Shown one piece after another: positions 27,803-41,900 of a DNA stretch of 64,000 nucleotides; position 1 is the stretch's first letter; each line of letters starts with the position of its first letter. The stretch comes from Paraspadella gotoi (taxonomy: Eukaryota; Animalia; Chaetognatha): the NCBI GenBank assembly GCA_051294375.1, contig CM119264.1, positions 11,754,392 to 11,818,391 of the forward strand, read 5' to 3'. The position numbers were made by a program, and so were the translations under genes. The notes below the pieces were generated by a model. That model worked only from the letters and a program-made list of their open reading frames with translations, did not search any database and was not told the DNA's origin.

Positions 27803-30800
27803 CTACTACGTATAACTAACATTAACTAGCATATCACTCATTTTTCTTTTCCATTGGAAGTTTATTACTCGAATAAACTCACCAGCAGAAAATAATGTCG
27901 TGAGTCAGCAAAAAGCGGTTAAATCTAATCATTGCGCTGTCATTTAAATATTATTTTTAGATTCCAAACATCGACATCAGCAATTTAAACCTCACTTTCA
28001 AGAAACGAAGGACATAAACCCGATACAATAAAATAAAAGAACCTGTTTATTGATTATTTAATAACAACATTAAATAACAACCACCTTTAGTCAACCGTCA
28101 CCTGCGCAGTCGACCGCGCGACTCTCCGTATCGCCTTTTAATTCTCTTATAATGGAAACGCCTTTATTCGTCTCGTTTGCGACGTCATCGGGGATTAACG
28201 CGTCGCGGACGAATTAAACTCAAAATGGCACCGGCACAAGGGGTGGGTGGGAGTATAGGGGGGCGGATAAGATCGCGAGAGGGGGAGGAGGGGGTTGAAG
28301 CGTGAGAATAGAAATGGCGAAAAGGAAATAAAGGCGATGACTTACGACGCAGAGGCGTGACGCTTCTCGTTTCCTGGAGACCGCCTCCGCCGTCGCCGCC
28401 GCCGCAGCCGCCGCCGCTGACAGTGGCCGCCACTCTATTCTGTCGCTTCGATCCCTCGCGGCGAGGGGGGGAGGCGGGGCATGCTCTCTGCCCGCCGACG
28501 TATGCTCTCTCTGGCAACGAGAAACACAGAGAGAGAAAGAAAGAAAGAAAGAGAGAAAATTTCTGACCGCCCTCTCTGGCCGCAGGGAGGGCGACCTCGC
28601 TGCCCAGAGTGGCCGCCCCTGGCTAAAGAGCGAAAAAAAATATGGCGGGGAGTGGCCGTTTGCGATCCTCTCTCGCGACGTCGGGAAAAAGTGATAGAAA
28701 GCCGAAGGAGAAATTGCTTCGTTTTGTTTATCGCCCATTTCGCCATCTCGTTTTGCGACGTCGAGATAGGTGCGCGCAAGGCCGCACGCTGGGTGCGAAT
28801 GCACGCGGCGGAAAACGTCGAACGCTGGGTGCGAATACGAGCGGTGGCGGGAAAGGCGAGCGGGGGATTAAGAATAAAAGAGTTGAAGGCTTAGAGCGTG
28901 AAACGGTTTGACGCCAACGGATGGCGTTGCAATATTGACGGAAGTAAAGTGATGAGCAATCAAAGTACAATTTTTAAAAAAAATTACTAATACTACGATT
29001 TCTTTTAATCTCTATTAATTCTATAATTTCAACCATAAAATTAGTTTTAAATATTAAAGAGTAGTGTCTTCGTTTCAACTTTGCATTCACAACTGATGTT
29101 ACCTAAGCGCGTGAAAAGTTATCGTTTTCTCTCGGTGTCGAGTCGTTGTGAAGCGTGATCGCTCTCGCGATAAATCAAACTCGTTCCCCAAGTCGTCGTC
29201 ATCGTTGTCGTCGTCATCGTTGTCGTCGTCGTCAAACTCGTCAACGCTGCTTTTTTTTAGGGTTGAAACAAGAAGGCTCACAAGAACTAGACTATGTTAG
29301 TGAAAGATAAGTTTTAAATGCTCAATGACAATACTGACAGACAGAAATTTAATTTGGCGAAGGAAATTAGCTTATTTATTTTAAGAATCATGTATTCTAA
29401 AGTATTTTAAATTTTCCACACTTACGTAGTATCACTTTCCAAAATTTTGCCAAAGAATAAAAGAAAAGAGACGTAAACCTACAAAAAGGTGAAGAGTCGC
29501 TGCTTCGCTGCCGCAAACAAAATGAAAAATTCAGATAAAAAATAGAAAAAAGCGACAAAAAATATCATAAATATGATTTCGTACACAAACTGAAAAAAAA
29601 AACACAATCAAAGAACCAAAATAAATTTTTGGAGAGTGAATTTCATGCCCGGGGCGAAGCTCGGTTTGTTTATCCGATGCGTCGCTGGTATTTTTGCATT
29701 GCTCAGACTTTACATGTAAAGGCGAGGTACGATTCTAATGATATTTTCATATTTTTTTTCTGCTCCATAGACAGTATTTTGGAGCCAAACTTAATACTTA
29801 AGTCTTACATATTGTTGTGGGTCATAAAATTATCATTTATCAAACAAGACAAATGTTAACTTAAAAATAAAAAACGGAAGAAACCCTTTTCTTAAGCAAG
29901 GAATGTAGTATCACATAGGGACGCATTGCAGCTCAAATCGCTTCTTTTTTGTTTTAATTTAAATTTGGCTGCGAAGAAAATAATTCATAGAGAAGAGCTT
30001 TCAGTCCCTTCACTTCTCTCCCCCACCTCTGCGCTTTTCACTCCAACTTCTCACAACCCCTTTTCTGCTCGAGCAAATGAGCAAATGAACAGAATCTGAA
30101 CTTTGGGAACCAATTTAATTTCATATATTTTCGCATTGATTAAAAGGGGGTAGAATGGGCTTAGTAAGCGAAGGGAAAATGAGCAATCCGAGTCTTCTGA
30201 CGTTTTCCATCTTAAGAAGAAACAACAACAACAACAACAAGAACCCAACAACGGTTATCGTTAGCTGTTTATTCATGACATTTTTCACAATCATTCTTCT
30301 TAGTTTTTGATTCCTTTTAATATGATTTTTCGATATCCAAATCAAAAATCGAAATGTCTAATGTTTTTTAAAATGGTCTCTCCCTCGATTCGAGACTTGG
30401 CGACGAATCGACTTTCCCCTCACGTGTGCGTTAAAGAAAAAAATCTAGTTTTGATCGACAATTTTTTTCTTCAAAAAAAAATCTTAAAATATTAACTTGA
30501 ATCAGAAAAAAAACTTTTTTTTCTGATTCCCATCCTTCCTTCCTTTCCCTAAACCTTTCCCCCCCCTCCAACCTCCCTCTCGATTTCTCGCGGGGAATTG
30601 TTTTGTATTAATTTTTCTCTCCCGCCATCCGCTTGTCACGCGTCTCCACCGACTTTGGCTTCCTCGCTTTTTTTTTCTCTCACTCTCTCTCTCTTTCCGC
30701 CTTCATTATTATTTCCCGACTTTTCGTCGCTCATCGTTCATCTGACATTGTTCCTCGTTCATTCTACAGGGATCATCGTTTCTTTGGGGCATCTTTAAAT

Positions 30801-31330
30801 AAATTAATTATTTAATTAATTAATTATTTAATGCTTTTTCGTGGCCTCATTTTTTCAGTTACCTTCTAAATGCTTTCAAAATCGTTCAGTTTCCGTCATA
30901 ATTTTTTTATTTCGAGTTCAAAGATAAGAATTTGTCATTCGGGAAACGACCTGGATCCCTTTCTACGAGACCGGGGTGACGGGGCGACGGCGAATGGCCC
31001 CAGTGGTGATAGTTAAGATCTAAAGTCGTCGACCTCAGCTTTGATTCTTTTAGGGTTTCAGGTGCATCGAGTTCAATGGAGAGAATGAAGAATAAGAAAG
31101 GTGAGATGGGGTACGGGGAGAGAAAATAGAAAATGAGAGTGAAATCTAACGTTTCATATTGTCAAGAATTAAAAATATTAACTCAAAGGACCAAACACAA
31201 AGAGTTGTCTTTTCAACAAAACCACAATGTCATACTGATTGGAATCCTACGAATTTAAAATGCTACGTGCTTTTGTTTTTTGTTTTTTTAATATTTAAAG
31301 ATAAATAAAGACCAACGAATAAATTCCATA

Positions 31331-31361
31331 TTGATCGCTTTATATTTTCCTACAGGTAAGC
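31331..31361 (+). promoter_or_regulatory. Candidate recursive splice site (ratchet point), AG|GT at 31355/31356
   Basis: 'ttgatcgctttatattttcctacag|gtaagc': branch-point-like TTGAT, pyrimidine tract and CAG directly fused to a consensus 5' splice site. Confidence 0.5.
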
Positions 31362-32057
31362 ATTTTTATCTCCCTTCAATCACTCTAAACGATTCAGTTC
31401 ATCCTAAACAAAACAAAGTAGCGACATAACTGAGATTCTCTCTCTCACTCTGCCTCGACTCCATCCCGAGAATTGGTTAATCTTCCCGCCCAAGCGCTAA
31501 TGAAATCGGCAAAAACAGAAAGTGATTTATGAGGATTGATGAGTTTACTCGAGGAAGAAGAAGAAGAAGAAGACGAAGAAGAAGAAGACGAAGAAGAAGA
31601 AGCGATCTTCGCCGCCTCAACTTTTCGCCCCCGCGATTCGCCGTTCGACCTCAAGTCCCGGCGTTCACAGTCGCGCCACGAACTCTCGGGAGGCGAAGGG
31701 GGTGTGGGGGTTAGAGGGGATGGCGAGATGCACTTAGTGGAGGGGGAAGTAACTTTAAAGAAAAGAGGGAAGCTGTTCTTTAAATATCCTGTTAAATATC
31801 AATCGGGTCGAAATTAAAGATGTGATTACTTGATCGGAGATTAGAGTGGAGCTCTTGAGAACAAAAAATTTGATTTGAGTCAATTAACGATAATAATTTG
31901 AGAGATTATATGATTATTGAATAACAAAAAGTATTTTGTTAATATTGTTTCGGGAGCAGAAAAGCAAAATAATATATAATAATAATATATAATATCCTTA
32001 TAAAATAAGATTTTTTTTCGGAATTGGATCTCCGATTGTAATTATCAAGTGACGGAG

Positions 32058-32143
32058 ATAGGAGGAAGGTGGTGGACTAAATAAAATAGGAGGAAGGTGG
32101 TGGACTAAATAAAATAGGAGGAAGGTGGTGGACTAAATAAAAT
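32058..32143 (+). repeat. Perfect 28-bp tandem repeat x3 (ATAGGAGGAAGGTGGTGGACTAAATAAA)
   Basis: Three identical head-to-tail units, no spacers. Confidence 0.95.
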
Positions 32144-33978
32144 CGGGAGGACTGGGTTTGGTTCATAGAGTCAAGAACTAAGCGGGGAGGAAGGGCGGGT
32201 GACCGGAGGCAAAGCATTTTCTCTGCCTGAAGAGAAGAGAAAAAAAAAAGATAGAGAAAAGAAGAGAGAGCGCGAATGGGAATAGAACGTGTGGCCAGAA
32301 CGCCATCGCGTCCGTCATTCGGGAGGCGCTCGCTGAGGCGGGTGGGAAGGGTGGTGGGCGTGGAGACCGAAGTAGAGTCGCGGCAGAAGGAAAGCGGAGG
32401 TGTGTGGATCCAGAGGTTGAAGAAATGGGACGCGTAGGTTGAAAGACGGAGGAAGCGAATGAAAAGATGGGGGTGAAGGCGTCTCGGACGACGACGCAGT
32501 CTCCATAATCGCCGCTAGATGGCTCCTTTTTGAGTCGCGCGTCGCGAGGCGATGATGACAATTTCGTCCTACTTTTTCTCTCGTTTGCCGTTGGGTGTCG
32601 AACGGACGACTTTGTTGCGTCGCGTTCGTCGTCTGCGTCGTCGTCGTCGTCGTCGTCGCTGGCGGCACCATATCGACCATCAATGGCACGTCGTCAGAAA
32701 TGTACGTAAAGATAGCGTCGAAGGAGAAAGAAGTAATTGTTGTCGATGATGTTGTTGTTGTTGTTGCTTCGGTTTGGTTTTATTTAGTTGTCTTCATCCT
32801 TGTCCTCTTTGTGGTCGTCAACTCGTCATCGTCGTCTTCATTGTCGTCGTCTTCACTTCGCCTCGCTTAGTCGTTTACTCGGGTTGATGACAAAAAAAGA
32901 TTTTAAAATATGATACTTCCCTTCCTCCTCTGCATTCCCTCTCTTCCTCTTCATAACTCTTGCCAGTAGCCTTGTCTTTCATTTTCATGCCATCTTCGCT
33001 TTAACTACTAAAAAATTATATTAAGGTAAAAGAAAATTTAATTAATTTAGAATTAAAAATGAAATACTAAACAAACAAAAAATTTAAATTTGTTGTTAGA
33101 GGTTTCATTACTTAACCTTTCCTTGTCACCTTTGCCCACATTTGCTGGCCACCTCTTGCTCGCGTCCGTAATCCAGGATCTTCATCTCAGTCGTCGTCGT
33201 CCGTCGCCGCCCTTTGCTCGTTCGCACGGGTGGCTCGTTTGCCCTTTCATTTTTGTCGGTTCCATAATGTCGGGTTTAGTCGTCGCCACCGACGAAGGAG
33301 ATTAACCGACTAACGATATGGCGGCGATAAAAATAAAAATAAAAACCGTTTTTATTTCAGGGAAAAAATAAACTCGAAGCGAAAGAAGAAAGAAAAAAAC
33401 TACTTTTTCTCTCACAGCAAAGATTTTTTTTTTTTAAACTTTCGAACTTTTGGTTCGACGAAGAGAAGCGGGGGAAGAGTGGCGAAGAAACGTTGACGCG
33501 CAGGAGTGACGTGGAGGAGTGTCGTAGAGAATTTAAGGGGAAGAATGGCGCAGGATAATAACAAGGAGTGACGCAAAAGATAAAAGTAAAAGATTGACGC
33601 AGCAGTGATGCAGATGATTAATTTAGAAGCCCGACGCATAGGACTGGTATCAAAGAGGGTCGCCAGAGGAGTGGTAGCAGTGGTGCTGAGGAATAACACA
33701 GTGTGGCGCAGATGATTGACGTTGAAGCGGGACGCCGAGGAATGACGCAGTGGAATGACGCAGTGGAATGACGCCAATGAGTGGCGCCGACGTTTAACGA
33801 TGAGAATTTACGGTCGCCGGACGCCGAAAATTCCATTCCTTTCGTCTCGACGCGGGAACTCGATTCAGTTGAAGGGAAATAGAAAAGGGTTAGGGGTTGA
33901 TAGTAGTTTTAATCCGTAGTACTATATTGAGTAATCTAAAAGAGACTCTTTCTCAGACAGGTTGGAGAAAAAAATGAA

Positions 33979-34074
<96 letters not shown>

Positions 34075-34838
34075 CAGAGAAAGAAAGAGAGATCAATGTC
34101 TTGCGCATGGACGAGTCTGTAAAAGTGTTTCTCTTTATGATCTTTTACTGGCACGCCTTCTTTTCTATGAATTTTTTTTTCTTCTTCTTTAGTCAACGAC
34201 GACGACGAGCATTACGACGACGACCACGAAGACGTAAAAACCATGATGACGACGGCGACATCTTTAAGCCTTTTTTTTTTTTGAGTCGCTAATTACTGCT
34301 CTACGCATAATGTACTATCCTCTCGATTAGTTAATTCGTTTTTCTGATTTTTATTTAATGAAAAAGTTAAGAATGGTTTTTAACGTATGAAATTAGCATA
34401 AGGCTTAGGTTAATTCAAAAGAAGTCAATGCATTGAAAAAAAAAATTGAATCACAAAATAATTATGTCCCTTTTACTCTGATATTCAAATAACAATGAAG
34501 TGTTATAGTATAATTTCTATATAAATGTATATATATTTAACAAAATAATGATTTCTAAAAACCTACATAATACTACGCAGAAGCCATTCAGGCTAAAAAA
34601 AATGACATAAACGAGCTAATTCTGAGTTCACATCCAAGCTCTAATTTAAAGAGAGCAATTAAGTTGAAATCGAAATAAAAAAAAAACTGACTGCATCAGA
34701 AATTCAGAGATAAAATGGCGAGAAGATGGAAGACCAAATTATCCCGACACTTTAATCTCAAAGGATTGGATTATTATGCACCATTTAAATGCTAAATCAT
34801 TCCGAGCTCTCCGCTATACCTTTTTCACATTTTCGATG

Positions 34839-34955
<117 letters not shown>

Positions 34956-36004
34956 ACACCACGCCACACACTCATGCGAGAATCCTAAGAAAGTCAGTTT
35001 GTGCGTCTCCTCTCCTCACTTTCCTTCTGAATCTAATTCCCATTCCTTATCTATCTTTTTACCCTCTTCGCCATTTCCCCTTTTACCCTTTTGCTCTTTT
35101 ACCCTTTTACCCTTTTACCCTTTTGCCCTTTTACCCTTTTCCTTTCGCCCAAACCAGCGCCAACAAGCAACATATTTCAATTTTCGACCAACGCATAACC
35201 CTCTATCCAATCCCTTGGACCACGCGTCTCCCCTCCACTTCACAACAACGACAACAACAACCACCTGGGAAAACCACCTTGGGTCGGATCAGTGGCTAAG
35301 GAAAAAGGATGGTCGCCGCTGATTGCCCATCAGAAGAGGACCTGAATCCCCTCGTATGAGAGTTGGGGCGGGGGGGGGGAGGAAGAGGGGGGGTTGACGG
35401 GAAGAGGGAGACGAGGGGAAACGGGAAACGGGGAAGAGAGAGCGGAGAGGAGAGAGTTTGTGATCGAGCCACGCGAACTACATGTGTACGATACATTGTA
35501 CAATATGTACATTTTACATCGTACTTTGTACATTGTTGAAAAGCCCGATTAAATGTGAATATCGTTGCAAACTGAAATCTGACATCCCAATCATTTATAA
35601 ATCGAAAATAAATCACGAAAAAACCTAACGCTCCAAAATTGCTTTCCTCTCTTTTTCTTCTGACGCAAAAAAAAAAAAAGAAAAGAAAAGAAAGAAAATG
35701 AAAAAGAAATGAAAAATGGAAGGAAAAGAATCAGAAATTCGAGGGGGCGCTCCGGGTTTGACCCTTCGGCGCGAGACGGACGCCGCTGACGCCGCAGACG
35801 CAGCCCTCGACGCTGCCCGCCGGGCCCCGGCGTCATTTGCAATTCTGATCCGACTTTAATCCGAGGTCAAAGATTCTTTGTCATTTTCGCCCAGGTGTCC
35901 ATTCCGCCCCGGGAATCGCGAGACTGCCGTCGCGAAGGTGGCCATTGTTGGTTTAAAGGGTGAGTCGTGAGGGTGGGTCGGGGATTGGGTGGGTTTTATT
36001 GAGA

Positions 36005-36147
<143 letters not shown>

Positions 36148-36623
36148 TGAAGGATGACCAAACTGCGATCGAATGATGAATCAACTCGGGAAATTTGAAA
36201 GACGCGAGGTTTCAGGAGGCGAACCTGGCGAACTCGGACGGACAGACGGAGATACGGACATCTCATTCTCCGTTCGCAAAAATCCATCAGTCACGTTCCA
36301 TTACGTTTTCAGCGGTTAAATTCTATATTCGCCGTGAGGGGAAAAGGGGAGACGCTGGTGGAAAAATGACACGTAGGAATGACGTAGTATCTAGAAAGTT
36401 TAATGGAAGCCTATTCACTTATAAATAACATCTCGTTTAGAAAGAGTAATTAATAAATAGTTTATTTCTAAAAAACATTGATTTCCAAGAGAACCTTGGG
36501 AGAAGTTCCGTTGTGATGAATTTTTTATAACCGAAAAATTTCGGATCCAAAAAAGGAAACAAAAATGAGAGGTTTCTTACTGATTCTCATTCCTCTCAGA
36601 TCTGACACGCGTCCACGCTTCTT

Positions 36624-36694
<71 letters not shown>

Positions 36695-38099
36695 TCACTC
36701 ACGCGCGCGAACGAACGGCGCTGTGATGGGATGAGAAAAAATAGTTTTTGACGTTGAAACAATCAAAGGAGAAAAGACTAGAAAAGATTCATCACCGTCA
36801 AATCTGTCATCTGCCTTGCGACTCTAATTTTTCACGAGATAGAAATAGACCTTTCAGTTTTTTTGGTCTCGCTCCCTCTCTCTCTTCCTCCCCATCTACG
36901 TATCTCTTTCTCTTTCTTCCTGATCATTCACTCCCTCCCACTTCCCGTTTTCCAATTTATTTTAGTTTTTTTCATATTTTTGACGAATTACACCCAAGAA
37001 AAGTCTAGTGCGAAGGCAAAAAAATGTAAGTACTTGCCCGAAAGCAATTGGTTTATGTTAAAGTGCATCTTCATTTGAGCCCAGGCCATTAAAAATCTAT
37101 TTTTAGCTCGCACCATCTGTCAGCTAAGGAAGCAACTGCATTGCAGCTACGGAAAAAGCATTAAATATTGTCGTTCGTCTTTTGTAGGACGTTGTGTTCT
37201 AGTTTTTCGGAAAAAAAAAGTATTAGTCTATTTTTACGATGAATGATCTAAAATTTTACCTTTACATACAGATCTGGAAATTCGTTTCTAGAAATTCGCA
37301 ATTACGTTTGTTACAGTTACATTATTATTTTCTCGCACGCCTCTTTTCGCCGATTCATTTCTTTTTTTTTTCTCCCCGATATCATCCTTTTTTTTTATTT
37401 CCTCGTATTCTCGAAAAGGGGAAAAAAAAGGGGGGAAAAAAGGGAGGTTTTCCACGGCCTTCCCTCTTTTTTTTCTCTTCTTCTTCCCAAGATATATTTT
37501 TTCTCATCATTTGGCTCGTTTCCGTCCGAGTTGGCGAAGCGGGTCTCAACTTGTATATTTCTTCTTCCGGTTTTTATCGCGCGGCTCTTGGCTCCGCGCT
37601 GGAGGAAACGAGGGGGAGCTTCCAAAAAAGCGACGCTAAAAATCGAGAATGGCAACGACACTGGAGGTTAAAAGAGGGGGTTCGCGGGCGCGGGTGGTGG
37701 GAGGAGAGAGAGAGAGAGAGAGAGAGAGAAGAGAGAGAAGAGAGAGAAGAAGGAGAGAGAGAGAGAGAGAGAGAGAATTTTGAATTTTATCAATGGGGCT
37801 TTAGGCACAAAATAAAACAATAGGCCATAAAAAGCTTACTTTTATTACATTTAAGTCTTACGAATTTTAGGGCATTCATAATGAAAATCCTTTCCAATTT
37901 ACAATTTTATGCATGTATTTTCCCTTTGTAAATAATCCCATTCCCAACAGCGTTTCGATAGGCTGAAATGTTTGTTCTGAATAGTATTAGAAATTAATAT
38001 GATTAATAGCATCGTCAAATAGAGTTGATTTTTCCTCGGATAATTCTTTCAATCTCCTACAGCAAAGTTTTTAACATAGTCAGATAATGGTATTTGGCC

Positions 38100-40860
38100 T
38101 GCGGCATTCTAATGTGCAGCAGTAGGAGTTATGACTAGGTAAATTTTGAAAAATACGAATGGCTCTTAATGTAAGCGATCAAATTTCATCCAGTTGATAA
38201 TTTACCAGCAGACAGCAAACAAGGAGATGAGTATAAAAATAGAGGAAACTATTAAGACTTTGAAAAGTTGATGAACTAAACGATAATTATTCCCAGTTTA
38301 CAAAACCGCGAAAGTCTATTGATTCCAAGAATTTTTACCATTTTGCTTTTTTAAATAAATCATTAACGTGAAATGTCCAAGTAAGTTTTTTATCAATTAT
38401 ACACCCTTAAAAACTTTACGTTGTCACACATTGGAATTTTTTTCTACCAAATAGATTTTAAAATTAACGCAAAAGTTAAAAAGATTAAAAACTTCGTGTA
38501 TAACTATACAGTTAGATTATCTGCGACAAAGATCTAAAAACCACATTTCGCACCCATCTTTCAAGTTTATTGAATTTTCCGTTGCGAGAGCCTTTTTCTG
38601 CTATTATGCGGATTTAGATTGAAGCCCACAAGCTTGAGTCTTCTCATATGTGCAGCACTCTCAAAACATCAAGAAGCACCACCTTTGAAATGCAGGTTTG
38701 ATCGAGAGGTAAATTTGGATTGCGATCTTTGATCTTGATTATGAATCGGGGACATTAACGTTGAGATTGAGATGATTGTGTAATGCTTAATGGCCTTGGG
38801 CAGAAATGGGTAGGTCACCGCGTAAAGAGCAATAATTCAGACTGAGGAACCGCTCCTGTGGAGATCCACACAGATACATACTCTCCGTGATTGCTCACCT
38901 CGACTGACGACGCAGAAGCTTTACTTAATTAGTTAGAAGAGTTAGAAGACGAATCATATCTTTAGATATTCCAGACCTAATTAGCTTTCTGTAACGAAGT
39001 CCATCATTGCCAGATGTTTCAAAGGCTTTGCTGTAATCGAGCGTGACAAGTATGGTCTGCCACCTCTGGCTTTAAAGCATCTGTGGAGTCTTCAATTTTA
39101 ATCGGGGGACAATGTTTTCAGGGGCAGATCGCCCTTTTCGATATCCTGATTGAAGAGAATTTTTTGCACCTGCAGCTTTTAACATCTAATTAGTCCCGGG
39201 AAGAATTAAACCTTTCAAGAAGTTTCCGAGAAACCAGACAAAAGGCTAATGGGTCGTAATTTCTTGGAGTTCTTGTAGCGTTTTACCACTTTTAGGAATC
39301 ATACGAATCAGGGCCAGTTTCCACACATCGGGAAAGTACCCAAAACGAAAACAACTTTCATATATATGTTGCAGAGTCAACAAGCTTTCTATCGGCAAAT
39401 TACTAAAGCATGAGATGGTTTTACTAATCTACCCCAGCTGCAGATCTTATCTTTTAAGTGTTTTGATTATTTCATTAGGTTTTTCCATATCGAGAGCATC
39501 TTTAAAAAAGATTTCAAAATTCAGGGTTCATTAATTTCTTTGATTGTGCTGGGGTGACAATGTGCATTTGATTTACTCGGCGACCAAATTTTTTTATTTT
39601 ATTTTGCCCAGTCTTCTTTTCTGTGGAACGGTGAGGTGCCTAAATAACCTTCTAATTTTTCTGCAAAACTTCGAGGTTAGCAGCATTGTTCCTCTGACTG
39701 ATCCATCGGCACGGACAGTAGCATTGCAATCTGGTGGAGAACTTGGAGAATAATTGGGTTATATTATTTGATCATTTTCCCATTTTTTTCGCAGCGTCTT
39801 TTTCAGAAAGTATTCTTTACTTCATATTTGTTAGTGTTCCGCTAAAACATCGTTTGTTTGCATATTTAACTTTCGGCAGATGTAATTATATTCCTTTTTG
39901 ATGTTAGGTGGAGCTTGAAAAACCATTTTTTCTGTAATTGCAAATTTTTCAAGACATTCTTCTTTTTCCTTTTGACAAGGTTTGTGTGATTATGTCTATT
40001 TTTTATGCCTATTTTTGGTGAAGGTTTGGTTTTTGTACGTACTTTTGTTTATAAGAATTTAATGATTAAGGTTTGAAAAAGGTTGTCAATCTTTTTAATC
40101 TAATTCAATTGCTATTTAAAACACGATCGTTTATACAGTGAATTTCATTTTTAATGTTTTCGCGAAATTTATTTCCAATCTGTAGTTTAGGAGTTAGCTT
40201 GTGTGTTATAATAAAAAAAAAAAAAAATTATTTAAGGTAAAAGTTTCGTAAGAAATGGGCAAATGATTCTGATCCACGTCATCTAAGGACCGTACTGGAT
40301 TCAATCTTTGGACAGACTGACCCGCGTTAAGACTATATCCAAGACATTTGCTTCACCATTTGACTTACTATGTATGTAGGAGATATCTCCATGACCGAAA
40401 TAATTTTGTATTTAGAGATATAGATAAACAGATCTTCACCTTGTTGTGTGCTCGAATTTTCACCTAGTAAAGTATTGTGAGAATTCAGATCATCCAGCAA
40501 AAGATGGTTAGGGAGATATTCCGGTTTATTGATATTTCAAGCATAGAATTTAAAAATATTTTCATTCATAATTTACAAGCTGGTGTGATTGTATCGGTTC
40601 CAATTAATCAATCTTTCTCTTCCATTTAGTTAAGATTTCAACGAATAAACTTTTCTTTCTTGCTCTGTATCGGGATTTAAGCAAATGCAGGCTGGTATAT
40701 TGTTTGGGACTCAATCATTACTCCGCCAGCATTTTGAATTGATTCTTTTTAAAAATACTTTAAAATTTTTTTAAAACAAAATATGTCTCCTTGTTTGCTT
40801 CTCACATCATTGCATATTAAAAAAAGATGGTAGTAATTTTATAAAAACTTACAAGATTTT
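38100..40860 (-). pseudogene. LINE ORF2 (AP endonuclease + reverse transcriptase), frameshifted; no room for RNase H
   Basis: APE and RT motifs as listed for the element; only a few hundred nt separate the post-RT 'QLFKVL...YSSP' segment from the 3' end. Boundaries approximate. Confidence 0.88.
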
Positions 40861-41330
40861 GTAATTCTAATAAGCGTTTTGGAGTGACCATTTGTGTTAT
40901 GTTTAAGATTGCAACAGCAGACTTTGAGGCTCCCATTTCCATTAAATTTAGTAACTTTTTGCTTTGTTTATTCGGTTTTGGAGTAATGTCAGGCGTTGTT
41001 GGCCTACTGATTGCAACAACCCCTGTCGTTTTCATTTGCATTGTTCATGTAGAGATTTGAAAACAGTTTGAGACGGCTCCCAGTCCTCATCCAGATCACC
41101 CATTATCTGTTGTGTGTTTTAAAGGGGTTTGGAGAGGATTTGTTTCTGCCAGGTTTCAGCGTGAGATATGTTGGTTCTTCTCTCCTTGGAGGTTATCGGC
41201 TGTTTCTGTTGGTTTTGCAAGGTGATTGACGACAAATTTTTCACTGCAGCGTTTACGGAATTAGATAACAGCTGTTGATAATTCTGAATTCTGTAGCTTT
41301 AAGTATACCAAGATTTATTCAACAAAACAG

Positions 41331-41900
41331 CTATTCCTTGAACGATGCTCTTAATTTTGAGTCTGTTGGGAAAGGTGGCAGGCTGTAAAGAGTTTTTGGG
41401 AGAGTGGCATAGGTAACTTGTTGTAGAGAATGGCTATTTCTTTTGACGACAAGCTTCTTGATATGTTGACATGACTTAGGAATGGCTGCATGTTTTCCGT
41501 CACATTTGCACACTTTACGTTTCTTCAAATGCGTTTTTGACAGTTTTTGAGAATGATTTTCAGCCACATTTCTGAGACAGACTGGCTTCCTTGAATTGGA
41601 ACACGAGCCGAACCTGACCAAAAGATTGACAGTTAGAAACACTGTAATACCACGATTCAGTTAATAATCAATACATTGTTTGGACTTTCATGAAAATGTT
41701 GATTACCTTTTTTACAGAAGTGTCGTCTTTTTTCTCTTAGTGATGTTAGAGTGACTTTCACATTCCAGGATGGTTTTCCTGAACGTCCTGTTATTAATCG
41801 TTTTATCATGCTTGGCGTGAAACCTTTACTTGAGATAGCCGTTTTTTTATTTCGTCGTCATTGTATTCAGGATCAACCCCTCGGATAAGACGAAGGTGTG
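41331..41900 (-). pseudogene. LINE ORF1 (gag-like, zinc-knuckle) remnant
   Basis: ORF track 41331-41642 contains 'CSNSRKPVC...NHS' and 'CKCDGKHAAIPKSC', decayed CCHC knuckles, in the ORF1 position upstream of the endonuclease. Confidence 0.7.

Noticed and set aside
30763-30772. miR-10-like sequence (CCCTGTAGAA on the minus strand) or miR-10 target site
   Set aside because: Only a 10-nt match with no precursor hairpin; expected by chance at this scale.
32058-32143. 28-bp repeats as a CRISPR array (also 14177-14248)
   Set aside because: Units are head-to-tail with no spacers, there are no cas genes, and the context is eukaryotic.
35480-35540. ACATTGT/TGTACA cluster as DMRT/Dsx binding sites
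   Set aside because: Low-complexity palindromic TGTACA repeats explain the matches; no full consensus site.
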